Assembly: GCA_011109175.1 (NCBI GenBank)
Contig: RDEW01000022.1
Coordinates: 353,834-417,833 of the forward strand
Reading direction: 5' to 3'
Source: Dicyema japonicum
Lineage: Eukaryota; Animalia; Dicyemida
DNA length: 64,000 nt
The notes under the pieces are model-generated. The model was not told where the DNA came from. It ran no database searches and worked only from the letters and a program-made list of their open reading frames with translations. Below, one piece after another: positions 49,622 to 62,051 of the stretch. Within the stretch, counting starts at the first letter, position 1, and each line of letters begins with the position of its first letter. Position numbers and translations under genes: made by a program.

Positions 49622-50463
49622 TCACAAAGTCAACCAAAAATAAAATGTATAAACTTTAATTATCAAATTATTAGCAATTTCATTAATTATTTTAAATCGT
49701 GCTGGTCCCAAGTGAATCCCCCCATACCACCTGCTCACTAACAATCATGTTATATACACGCATGTTCTACTTTATTACATAATCCTACTTCCAATTGTCT
49801 TAAAAGTCGATGACCTGCCTTGTTCTCACCGTCGTCACAATATCCTCCATATATTTGTCCATCCTCTCTCTCAAATCTATATGCCTGGATGTTGTGAGTA
49901 GCATTAGATATTCTAATGTCTTCGAGTAACTCAGTCATCACACTCTTCACTTCAGATAGTGACTTTATTATAGCAAAGTGAGCTTGGAATTTGCTCTTCT
50001 TCACGGATATGATCTCACTGTGATGAATTCTTAATGATTTTTCAATTTTAGGGGTATCCTCTACTGCCATAGTCCTTTCGCTTCCTTTGAGGTCACTTTG
50101 TCATCATTTGAGAAACCGAGAGCCAACTGATAAGCTTCTTCCACGCAGAAGTGCAGAAATCCCCCAAATTGATTGCACCTTGAATATTTCCCTTTAATAC
50201 TTATAAATAGCTAAGAATTTAGTTCTGAGTCTATCCTCAAGCTGACAGTTTTGAGGACTAAAATTAAAGTGGCTATACTTGAAAGTAAACTCGGGAGGAG
50301 AGTGAGGATAGTCAAGTGGTAGTAATATCTATTATTAGAGCAAATTATACTGTAAATGAAAAGGTACAGTTTTGTCGAGATATGGTGACTTTACACGTAT
50401 TTTGATTTATAATTTTAACAGCACATCACCATATATTGACTGTAGAGCAATAATTTCATCCAT
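49622..50463 (-). CDS. IMPACT: IMPACT (RWD + UPF0029 domains), with an apparent 1-nt frameshift near the 3' end
   Basis: 'MDEIIALQSIYG', 'LPLDYPHSPP', 'KKSKFQAH', 'ATHNIQAYR', 'CDDGENKAGHRLL' and 'VSRWYGGIHLGPARFK'. Confidence 0.9.
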
Positions 50464-50534
50464 TAAATTTAAATTTATTATTTAAATTTATTATTTAAAT
50501 TAGTTATTTTTATTATAATTTGTGTTAATTATGT

Positions 50535-51353
50535 ACAAACCCAGACCACAGGCACTCCACAAGGAGACTCCCTCTCTCCGTTACTATTCACAATATACTT
50601 GGAGGCCGCTATGAGGGAACTGAGACCATTGTACCAAGGAAAAATAGAAGAAGTGATTTATGCTAATGATGTCGACTTAATCTCCGAAGACAAAGAATTC
50701 CTGGAACATGTACTAGAAAAAGCACAAGATATACTTGGGAAATGGTTTCTAATCGTGAACAGGGAAAAAACAGAACGAACAGAAATAAGACGAATGAATA
50801 ACCTATGGCTAAAACGGAAAGGGAATAAAATAAAACAAAGGATAATGTTATACGACATTTTTATTAAACCAATCCTCCTATACAACTCTGGGACCCAGGC
50901 ACCTCAAAAGAGGAATTGGAGAGGCTAGACTCGTTTCACAGGAATCATCTAAGAAACATAACTGGAATGTCCTGGCCATCCAAGATCTCGCGGAAAGGAC
51001 TGTACAATATGTGTGACTGTACACTAATAGGTCTCGAGATCATTAGCTCCCGTTGGATACTTTTTGGAAACGTCCTGAGGTTGGACCAACATCCCCCCGA
51101 ATATCGCCATGGAAGATTACTACTCCTCGCATGTAAAACGCTTTCTTGGAAGACCAAGAACAACCCTCCCGGTCGTTTTACGAGGCAATCTGTAAATCGT
51201 AAAGAAAACATTGCCATCTGGTGACGATCTGGACAAAGAAGGATCTGTCTAAGAACAGAAAAGCCTGGAACAAGCTAACTCTTTCTCTTATATTTTTTGC
51301 TGCACATGCTACGCTATAAATATTAAGGCTCTCGTGAAAGTGCTAATAATAAT
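50535..51353 (+). mobile_element. RTE LINE 3' fragment with (TAA)n tail
   Basis: 'PQGDSLSPLLFTIYLEAAMREL', 'IKPILLYNSG' and 'LDSFHRNHLRNITGMSWPSKIS'; tail GCTAATAATAATAAA. Confidence 0.9.
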
Positions 51354-51941
51354 AAACCCAGACCACCCAGTAAATGGAGAGAACACATCTGTGCAAAGAT
51401 CGCTTGTAGAACAGAGCTGAAGGGTCACATAAATACTGTGGTGAGATGGGTTAAAAGAAAAGAACCGCCTATAGTATGAGTGTTAAACTCCGTGTTCCCA
51501 AATGGGACCTCAAAGAGTTGAGGAAGGCAAAGGTGGAGTTAGATGAAGCAATAATTGTGTATAAAAGGAAACTCTCATGAAAGTCAGTGTAAGAGAACGA
51601 GGGAAAACAACCTCTGAGTTAAATCACAGATTGTGTTACCGTCGCCAACACGAAAATGGCATGTTTCCAACAGGATGTGGAATTGCTTTCCACATGGGGT
51701 AGTATGTGGGAGGCTAAACCACGCAGTGGAAATGCGTGGAATGTCCCGTACAGCGCCGCTCCTTTCTTGGCTGAATATGTGGAATTTTCGATTTCTGCAA
51801 GAAATTTGAGGCGGTAGTGAGACGTCTCCCTGATTGAAAACGACCGTTGTAGATAAAGTTTATAATTTCTTTATCAAAAGATGCACTTCATTACACGAGT
51901 CTATGTGTTTGTATTACAGAAAAGCATCACTAATTCGGAAA

Positions 51942-52272
51942 TGCATAGTGGTTAGGTTGCATAGTGGTTATGTGTCGGGCTTAAGTTACTTAGGTTACGG
52001 GTTCGATTCTCGCTGCTGTTCACCTGGTGGAAGGTTCCACGCATCTACGATGCCAAAAGGGTTTGACGAGTGACGCCGTCATCAGTGGATACTCACTGCG
52101 GAACTGGATTGTCTAGAAAGGACACTCACACAAGAAAAAAAGAAGTGAAGATCATTCTTTGGTTCTACGATTAGTTACAATTAACTGTTCTTTACTTAAA
52201 TAAAGTGTGTGTCCTGCCTATGCGGAGCTATAAATATTATGGCTCTCGTGAAAAGGCTGTTATTATTATTAA
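51942..52272 (+). mobile_element. tRNA-headed SINE with RTE-derived tail (family S2)
   Basis: Head GCATAGTGGTTA...GGGTTCGATTC; body identical in large part to 60748-60987; tail shares GCTATAAATA.TA.GGCTCTCGTGAAA with the RTE end at 51313-51338. Confidence 0.85.
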
Positions 52273-52773
52273 TTCGAAAACGATTCCTGATTCTGCACTG
52301 GAACAACTTATTTAATCCCAAAGTTGGACAACTCTCATTCTGCTGCAGATTATCTACCGATAACGTGCATGCCAACCTTATACAAGCTGATGGCCAAATT
52401 GGTGATTAATGAAGTCAGGAGTTTTGTAGAAGCAAATGAAATTCTCTCCGAGAATCAGTTAGGTACTGTGCTAAATTGTCAGTGACTTCGATCAACAAGT
52501 GCCTTTCTGTGTCTCATGGAAATTTACTTTTGTGAATGTGGGTGGATATGATGAAGGCTTACGATTCAGTTGATCATTCTTACCTTGTCGAGTGCCTACA
52601 CAGGCTGTGTATGGATGTGTAGTTCAGTAGCTCAATGAATCTGAACTATAATAGTCACCGGATAGCTGAGGTAATACTCAAGAAGGGGATCTTTTGGGGA
52701 ATAACATGTCTCCATTTCTCTTTTTTTCTCTGTTCGGAGCCATTGAGTCGCCGCCTCAATGATCAGTTTAGTA

Positions 52774-54173
52774 CTGAGGTTCCCAACCTGGGTTCCACGG
52801 AACCCTTAGGTTCCGCGAAGTTCTAAAAAAATTTAATTCTTTTTTCAAAACGAATTAATTTAATTTTCGCGTGTCTAAATGGAGTCAATGAATATCTTAA
52901 AGTTCGTATCGAGAAAGTTATATTGCCTTTGGTTTCACATGGACTGGGGACATGGATTGCCCTCTACCACTTTTTGTTGTTTGCGGTGAAAAACTTGCGA
53001 ATAATGCTATGGCTCCTAAGAAACTTAGATGTTGTTTCTCAACCAAGCACCTGGAACTTTCAAAGAAAAAATAGAATATTTTATGCGGAAATTGGACCAG
53101 AATAAAGTTCAAGCATCCCGTTTTACAAAAAAATCAAAATAAACAAAAAAGCAATGCATGTTAGTTATGCTGTTACTGAGATTGCAGCTAAAATTATGAA
53201 ATCGCATATTCACGTCGAAACTGTTATTTGCCTGCATGCAAAGATAATGTTCGGAGAAATTACTGCCGCTGAGCTCGACTTAATTTCTATTTCTAATGAT
53301 TCTGTGAGTAGACGTATCAAGGATATGTCTGATGATATTGCTAATAAAAAATCTGTGTTTTTTGCCCTTCAAGTGGATGAAAGTTAGATATTACAGGAAG
53401 AATGCAACTCCTTGTTTTCGTTCGATATATGAACGATGAATCCATTGTTGAAGATTTTTTTGCTGCAAAGAGTTGCTCGGAACAACAAAGGGAAATGACA
53501 TTTTCAATTTTATAAATTCATATTTTGAGGATATAAAGTTGGGTTGGAATGCGTGTGTGGGTATCTAAACTGGTGATGTTCTAGCAATGACTGGCAATTT
53601 AACAACTTTGTTTCTATTGCGAAAAATAAGAATCCGAATTATTCACACGCATTGTTTTCTTCATGTACAAATAATTATTTCCACCCATCAGTTGAACTCT
53701 ATGATTGGGTGAGGAATCCTTTTGCTGAGTACAAAATAACTGGAAACGACTATCATTAAAAGAGTAAAAAGAACTTGCGTTTGTTTCAAGTGACAAAACG
53801 TTAAAATGGAATATTTTCATTTTGATTTGATTCTTTTTGGCTGATTGTAAAAAATGAATATCCTATTCTGGCAAACAAAGCTTTACGAGTATTGGTCCAG
53901 TTTTCAACGACTTATCTCTGTGAAAGTGGATTTTCTGCATTAACAAATATAAAGCATAAAAACGCACGAACCTACTGTATGTGGAAGACCTACGTTATCC
54001 CTGACAAGGCCTAATATTACAGAGCTATGCAAGGGACATTAACCATCTCACTAACTAGCATTTTATTTTTTATATTAGTAAAATACTGATAATTGTTAAA
54101 AACTTATAAGGGTTCTGTATAAAATGAAAAATGTCGATAGGGTTCCGTCTCTCAAAAAGGTTGGGAACCACTG
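52774..54173 (+). mobile_element. Internally deleted hAT (ZBED5-like) with both TIRs
   Basis: TIRs CTGAGGTTCCCAAC / CAGTGGTTCCCAAC; 6/8 TSD GTTTAGTA / ATTTAGCA; 'ISISNDSVSRRIKDMS...FALQVDES' and '[12 protein letters not shown]'. Confidence 0.9.
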
Positions 54174-54897
54174 ATTTAGCAAATACCAGTTCATTGTGAG
54201 GGTGCTTGTTTCAGTGCAAATCACTTCTTTTTATCGATGACCTCAAGATGTCTGCTAGAACAGCCGAGGAGCTCTACTCTATGGGGGTCTGTGCCAGGGA
54301 ATTTTTTGGGATTATAGGACTAGATTTGAATTATTGCAACTAACACGCAAATTAGTAAGAGTCCTAGAGGAACACGAAGGATATAAGTATCTGGATATTA
54401 CCGAATCTTCTAAAGTCCCTTATAATGCCTGAGACAAATCGACAAATTACTAAAGGCATTCGTAAAAGAGCATCGTTATTTTGTAAGACGTCTCTAAATG
54501 GAAGGAATTTGTTCCTAGTGAGTATGCTGTCTTGCTGCTAAACTACTACATAGGTGTGGTAGAATTGAGCTTAAAAAGTATGATGAGATGGATGTTAGAT
54601 ACGTGGAGTACTCTGAGAAAACCATGTACATCTGCTAGCAGCCAATAAGGAGACACTATAATTATCCCTTGATAAATTCGGCCGTGGACTATGTGGAATA
54701 GTCCAACTAAGTGCACTACACCCTGATAGCTTGGTCAATTGTGTCTACTAGAAGCATAATAACGACCGAGAAAACACAGGCAACTCACCTAGGCACAAAC
54801 AAATCTTTTTTGTCTGTTAAGTGGGCTAGTAAATGTGAAAGCGTTGATCGAATTACAATATAATAATTTTATAAAAAGATAAACTAGCAAAAACCCT

Positions 54898-56440
54898 TCA
54901 TAAGGTCCTTTTCAGAGCATTTGACAACCCACATGTTGACCTTAATTCGTCGACAATATGGCTAAAAGACGGTAACAACTCACCTCGATAGGTGTTGTTG
55001 TACACGTATATGCAAGACCGAAATATTTTTTGGGGTCGATCAACAAATACTTGTCCCCATTGTAAATCAAGGAGATCATTTAGCCTCTTGCCTTCTTCAA
55101 ATGTTTTATTGGATTCACCACATGGATTTACATTCACATCTGTACAGGATTGGGGGCAATCATCATCTCCACTTTGCCCATCATACTTTTTTAACCACCA
55201 GGAGACGATTAACCTCTTCTCTTGTCCGAGTTCACTTCCAAGTGCTGTAGAGAACCAATTATACCTGTCTTTTGGCTGTGAAGTTCTTGTTAGCTACCAA
55301 TTCAAATTATTTACTCGACGGGACATAAATAAATTGAATTCACCTAACTCATGATACGCCCACTGCTTGACTCCAACCAAAAATGATCTCTCTTTTCTAA
55401 TGGAAGGGTTTCCATAATGCCGAATATGGATGGAGGTGATACTATGAAACGATGAATCCCAGTCCGACCGTGGAAACTGGATAAAACCTGTTTCAGGTTG
55501 TTAAAATAAATAAAAAAAAGCATTAATGAATTTTCCCCAGTAGTCACTTGATTGTTATTATATATATTATGTGGCCTAATATAATATTAAGTTTATAATA
55601 AACTAACAATTTTAACAATCCATGTCCTAAGGGAAGTAATTGCAAACGTAATGATAGGATATTCCACCCATTTATGTATTGTTGTGTCAATCAATTCAAT
55701 CAACCATGTCAGTTGTAATACTTCACTGCTCGACAATGAAGGACCACTTTGTATTCTATCATTAATATTACTCTTCATTCGCTCTATCAGATGACCGTAA
55801 TTCTCATAATTGTTATCATTTATTTCCCACTCAGTAATAACACATGTGCCCACTCCAACCATATCCATTGGAATTACATTACTTAGTTCATTTATTACCA
55901 CAGTGAACAAATCACTGCACATCAAATTCTCAATAGTCCGTCTTATAAAACAAGACAAGGCCAGTCCTACTGCAGGACAATAAGAAATCACTCCTAATGA
56001 AGGAATTCCTCTATTAATGAATAATTCAACATTTTCACAATCAATTGATAGTTGGTTTAGGAGACTTACTATTGCATGGTAAGGTCCTCTCCAATAGCCA
56101 CTTTTTTTGATATTTGATGAAGACGAATTATATTATATTGACTGTGATATCTCATTCTGTCGTATTCTAGTGGAATATCTACGTGCTCAATTTGATGACT
56201 TGATTCACTTATAATTTTCATAATTTTAAATTTATCAGACCAATGAGAACCTTCATTTAATACTCTGAGAGTTATAAAGTAGGGCACCTTAATCGAAGAG
56301 AAGAAATGAACTCATTTAGTGATACGGAAGAGGATTTTAACTTGATAATATGTATTGCAAGCATTACTTTCCAAACCATCGCATAATTGTAAGCATATTT
56401 TTGAACCCATATTCGATTCATAAATTGGTTAATATTTCCC
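54898..56440 (-). CDS. Unidentified multi-exon protein-coding gene
   Basis: Successive minus-strand ORFs (56069-56287, 55593-55991 extendable upstream, 55344-55547, 54898-55137) separated by short GT-AG-like gaps. No family recognised; boundaries uncertain. Confidence 0.5.
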
Positions 56441-56562
56441 GCTACATATTCATTAATATTGGTTTTCCATATTATAAGTTATATGATTGAATATTTTTTT
56501 ATGAATTTATAAAAATTTGTGATTTGCGTGTTGAGATTAATAATTTATTATTATTATTATTA

Positions 56563-57610
56563 TTGAACCTTATGAATTTTGTGATATTGATCGTCAAATA
56601 CGGCAACTGACCCTCAGGTTACACCTCAAACTTACAAATAAACAGAGGTTATATTTAAACAGGAAGACTTTTAGGAGAGGACTTACTTAAGTCACTTTCA
56701 AAAGTGAACCGATGTTCTCCCAGTCCATAAAAATCTGGAAAAGTAGTAGGCTATATGTTTGGGGAGGTCAGGGATTCTGCGAGTACTTAAATAAAGGAAA
56801 TGGCATTTGGTTACAATTGCAGGATTTCCTGTCTTTAAATATGGAATTGTTGACAACATGGATATTCAGTCCCTCAAGACCACCCAGACTCAATATTTGC
56901 TTGATAAAATTAATTGTAAAAAAATTACATTCTGTGATCTTCAGATGCATGAGGAACCCAATATTGATGTAGAAACTTCCAGTGGATGGTTTCAAAAGGA
57001 AACATCGGTCCAAGAAGTGAAGCAATGTATTGCTTTTGCAAAACAGAATTTGTTCTTCTCTACGTTGGGGGCATTATGTAACTATTGTTAAAAAACAAGG
57101 ACTGTTGACCACCTGATCACTAATTGTGGTAGAATGTTAAATAGTGATTACGTCCGAAGGTACAATGAAGTTGTAAAATGCTTACATCTCCATCTATGCA
57201 GAGTATGTGGAATCAAAAAGGCTATAAAGTTGAAGGGGCATTCAGTTCAGTCAATTTTACCACACAGAATGTTGAGATAAGTCGATTCTGACTAAAACGA
57301 AAGTACAGTCCAACAAACCAGATATCTTAGTATATAACAATATCAAGAATGAGACAATTATTATCAAAGTTAGAATTACATCTCAGGATCGCCTAAAAAC
57401 ATGGAAGTAGAAAAACGTCACAAATACGACCTTCTCTCAAGTGAACTTTCTCTACGACTGTCAAGAAAAGATTATCCCACTGGTTATGTCCTGGGATGGA
57501 GTTGTTTCAAAATGCTTTAAAAACTATATGGATAAGCTATTTGTTGAAGGAGCAACGAGAACTTACATCCAGTGTTGAAAAGGACTCTCGAAGGCATGCA
57601 ATTAAACAAA
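56563..57610 (+). mobile_element. R4-like retrotransposon C-terminal half (CCHC + RLE)
   Basis: 'QRLYLNRKTFRRGL', 'GALCNYC..KTVDHLITNC...DYVRRYNEVVKCLHL', 'NKPDILVYN' and 'EKRHKYDLL'. Confidence 0.85.
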
Positions 57611-57616
57611 AGCTGA

Positions 57617-60552
57617 TAATAATAATAACACCAGAGACCACGGTTACACAAACTAATTAATCACGTGATCCCAGCACACATTAGCAGAAACCTCATCTTG
57701 GCTCGATGCTTCTCCCTCGACCCCACACAAGCACGTATCGGTCGAGTGACTGGACCTTCGCAATCACGACGGCGCGTTCCATGGTTCACTCGTATCAAGG
57801 CTTCAAGTGGCATTGGTGGCTGTAACGCTCCAGAAATCCAGCTTCCGTGAGTTTGGAGACTCTTTTCCGGCTAGCCTCGATCTTCAGAACATTCGTCCAA
57901 GAGATGAGTGGGCCCATATACCACATGCATAAGAGATGCATGGTTCAATGAATTGTTTATATACAGTGCTCAAAACATAATTCTTTTCGATCACCATAAG
58001 CCTGTGAGGCATTTCAGAACAGTAGTTTTCTTTTCGCATTTTGTAATTACGTTCTCAATATGGAGAGAGATGACATGTGCATGTCAAAAGTCACCCCAAG
58101 GATCTTTTGAGATTTTCTGAAAGGAATAGCTTCATTGTTTGCCTTCAGTTCGACCGTCCGTCTTCCCAGTCTCTTGTCTGAAATAAATAGGGGTGTGACG
58201 GACTTTTCACTGCTGGCAGTTAGGCGATTCTTCGATAGCCATTCATCAAGACGGTACAGGTTTTCTTGCAATCTCAAAGTGGCAATCTGGATGTCCTGAT
58301 CGCGTGACGCAATGACGATGTCGTCGGCATAAGTTAGAATATCATTTTCGGAGTCTGGTTTGGGAGGTCCGCCATGAATAGGTTGAATAAAACTGGAGAT
58401 AAAGGGGATCCTTGGGGAATTCCATTAGGGATAAGCCGTAAAATAAACCTTGACTGGCAAATGCAGACGCGTCCCCACCAACCACTAAGGAAATTAGCTA
58501 GCCAAAGTTTGAGCTTTCAAGGGATCTTTGTTTGGTAAATTTTCCAAGTAAAAATCTTCCTTGAAGCAGAGTCAAAAGCTTTGTGGACGTCTATGGAGCA
58601 AAGTACAGTCTTTATGTGTCCCGGACTGTGCGAGAAACTATATCGTATAAAGTTAGTCAATGCAGTTAAGTGGGTCGAAGTAGACCTTTACTTTTTAAAA
58701 CCATGTTGAAAATGACAAGTCCGGTAGGAATTTTTGATTTTCGCAAGAACCAGTCTTTCCAGAATTTTCGACACCAAACACAATAACGCGACCGGTCTGT
58801 ATGAAGCTGGGTCCTTCTTCACTTTACCGGGTTTCAAAATTGGACGTAGGTGGGCAAGCTTCCATAAGACTGGAATAGAATTTTTGTTAATAGTGGTTGA
58901 ATATTTTCGTTAATGCAGCGATTCCATAGTCTCCAGATTCTTTAGGAGGATCATTGGGATCTTATCCGGTCCGTTAGAATAGGTTGTTTTAATGGCTTTC
59001 AATACATTTCTCACGTCGTTTTCAGTGAAGTGAATCGTATCCGGTTCCTTTTTCAGTTTACTGAGATATTTCGGGGATACATCCGACTTCTTATGATCTT
59101 TATGGGTATTTTCACATAGTATTTTATTAGGTTAAGTCCTTTTGGCTGTGGTCCACCTCGGACGATCTTTCATCCACTCTTGAGGCGTCTTAGGTGGTCT
59201 TCCAAATTTCAGTAGTGGGTCTATTTCAACGAGGAGAACACATGCTTCCATCTTGATATTTGTGTCTTTACCTCCCTGTTTTTTAATTAATTGTTCAAAG
59301 CCTTCAGTCTAAACTTATCCTCAGTAGTTAATCGGCCAGATTTTTTGAGTTCGTTTCTTTCCTTGTTAATGCTGACCTGCCATATCCCCTGGTGTAGTTA
59401 AGGTGGTGTTTAGGTACATATAGTGATCTCGCATCCAAGATAGTGCGGTTTACATAAGCGAGTACTTTGTCCATGGAAGTAATGCCATCTAGGTACTGCA
59501 GTAGGTTGTCAGTAAGTGTACTGTAAAGTCTCCAGTCTGCGCGTTTGTAGTTGAATTGTTCTGGGGACCACCTCCTAGTTGACGTTTCTCTCTTGATCTA
59601 AAAAAGGATCGCATTATGGTCACTTCTTGAGTTGTAAATGACTGACCAAGTCGATATGGCGGCCAGGCCGGAAGAACAAAACGTGATGTCTGGAGAAGTT
59701 AGTTAATCTGACTCCCTGAAGGGGGTTCTCGTATGTTTTGACGGGTCATTCATGACCGTGAAAGGTCCTGTCTGTGAAAGTAGTACTTTTCCTCTGAGTC
59801 GGACGGTTGACTTGCCAGCCATAGATTGTGTTTTGTGTTGATACCCCCCCCCCTCCAATGATCATGTGGTTCAAGAAAACCAAAGTAGATAAATTAGGCA
59901 TATTGTAGCTTCGGGCAAGAACCAGGTGGAGGCACATAGACGTTCACAAAGGTAATTTTTCCATTTGTTGTTCCAAGTGAGACTGCATTGACTTCAGTAA
60001 CATCGTCGTCTCCCAAGATATTCTTCACCACTGAAATGATGTCTACACATTTAAGGTCTTTCCGATATAAAATGAGTAGGACACCTCCCCGCTTCCTCTT
60101 CCGGTCAGTCCGTATTGACTTGTATCCAGGAAACACCTGTGTAGGACTGTTTATAGGCAGTTTCGTCTTTTGTATATCAAAGCTACTCCAAGTTGCAACG
60201 GAGAGTGGAAGAAACTCGTTCATGAGATCTCCAATGGTCGGACACGACTTAATTGGATAACATAACATATTCGTCTCTTGTATCAAAGCCACGTCGATCT
60301 TCAGCTCCGCCAGGAGAAAGCGTAGTTCCAATATTTTGTCCCTTACTCCATTGATATTTAGTTAAAGAACCGTGGTCCGTTTCTTGCGGTGAGCTAGTGG
60401 TTCTTTCCGGGTAGATGAGGATGATAGTGCGTGCTGCCGGCTAGACAGTTTCCTCGGAGGTAAATGTTTAATGGTTCTCTTTGGAGGGACATTAGGTGCC
60501 CTCTAGGCGCTACCAATAATTACAGAATCGGTGAACCACATAACGCCACGCT
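57617..60552 (-). mobile_element. Near full-length (~2.9 kb) single-ORF Ingi/Vingi-like LINE, decayed
   Basis: 5' leader; APE ('LNINGV','DVALIQET','FVNVYVPP'); RT ('PILKPGKVKKDPASYRPVALLCLVSKILERLVL','ILTYADDIVIASRD'); C-terminus ending ...GIT*; (TAA)n tail. No ORF1 or RNase H seen. Confidence 0.92.
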
Positions 60553-60747
60553 AAAATTTGAATTGTACATCTTTGCTACCTCTCAACTTATGGAAGTGGC
60601 ATGCCATGAGGACATCCCTCTGGACTCTAACAAAGATATTTCGGTTAACTCTGATGTGGAGATGGGGAATAAGAGGGAGTTGATGGCACAATCTTTTTCT
60701 AAGACAGTGTTTCTCAAACTGGGTTCCGCGGTCCAAAAAGGAACGCC

Positions 60748-60987
60748 TGGTGGAAGGTTCCACGCATCTACGATGCAGAAAGGGTTTGACGAGTGACGCC
60801 GTCATCAGTGGATACTCACTGCGGAACTGGATTGTCTAGAAAGGACACTCACACAAGAAAAAGAAAAAAAGAAGTGAAGATCATTCCTTGGTTCTACGAT
60901 TAGCTAAAATTAACTGTTCTTTACTTAAATAAAGTGTGTGTCCTGCCTATGCGGAGCTATAAATACTATGGCTCTCGTGAAAAGGCA
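60748..60987 (+). mobile_element. SINE family S2, 5'-truncated copy
   Basis: Near-identical to 52023-52257. Confidence 0.9.
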
Positions 60988-61044
60988 CATTTCAGGAATG
61001 TCCTGTTCAAATAATTAGAAGCCTCAAATACACGTAAATTGGGG

Positions 61045-61230
61045 AAAAAAACCCACCCCTTTTTAAATCTTAATGAATGGTGATCGTTTTCGATACAGGA
61101 AAGCCGTGGGTACTCTGAAGGAACACAAGAAAAATTTCTCGATCCTTTTGTGTTGTACCAGGATCACTTAATTAGCTGGTTTACTTTTTCTTTCTTGGTG
61201 TTCCTTTTTCGGGGTTATTAAATAAATAAA
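61045..61230 (+). mobile_element. SINE family S1 copy
   Basis: Matches 18000-18180 (reverse complement) along its whole length. Confidence 0.85.
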
Positions 61231-62051
61231 ATAATTAAATGAATAAAAATATATATATCAAATATGGATTCACTCTGATAACTTCTGAAGGTAAATTAAA
61301 ACCACAGCGTGTCCCGTGTTCTGAGGTTTAGGCGTCTACTTCACTTAAGCCGAGCAATTTAAAGAGGCACATGGAATCCAAATATCCTAGTTCAACACAA
61401 AAGGATGTTGATTTCTTAAAATTCAAAGCCCAAATATTGATCAATCTGGAATTTTATCCCAAAATATTTCATCCGGTTCAAAAGCTTCTAATTAGTATGA
61501 AAATTGCTTTTGCAGAAAAAATCGCACTCCATCGGAGAACAATTGATAATACCTTGTTGCGGAGATATCATTTCCAACATGTTAGAAAGTTCTGAACTTC
61601 ATATTCTGAAGCATATCTCACTTTCCAATGAAACTGTTAGTAGAAGAATAAATGATCTCGCCAAGAATAATTTGTCCATTGTAGTCGCCAAGATTAAAAA
61701 TTCAATGTTCTAATTTTTTGCTATCCAAATTTATGAAAGCATGGATATCGCCAAATTATCTCAATTATGCGTATATGTTCGTTATATGACAAGCACTTTG
61801 AAGATGAATTCTTGTTTTGTGAAATTCCCCAAATGCTATTGGTATACATTGCATGATCCACCGTCATGTATTGATGATGAAAACCATGCCTGACGATTTG
61901 AAAAATGTCATGAATGTCATAATTAACACGATAATCTATATTAAAGCCAAAGCACTCAATTCTCGTCTCTTTGCTGAGTTATGCAAAAAAATGACTCTGA
62001 ATTTGAGACTCTTTTGTTGCATTCACATGTGAGATGGCTTTCAAAAGGAAA

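Larger units (their letters stand above)
51360..54790 (+). mobile_element. R4-like retrotransposon (N-terminus plus RT), interrupted by a SINE and a hAT
   Basis: 'RRENNL', 'DMMKAYDSVDHSYLVECL', 'EPLSRRLNDQF' | hAT | 'NHFFFIDDLK', 'YKYLDI' and 'DKFGRGL'. Confidence 0.75.

Noticed and set aside
54790-56563. Host gene inserted inside a single R4 element
   Set aside because: Both flanking fragments contain the same RLYL..GRGL segment, so they are separate copies.
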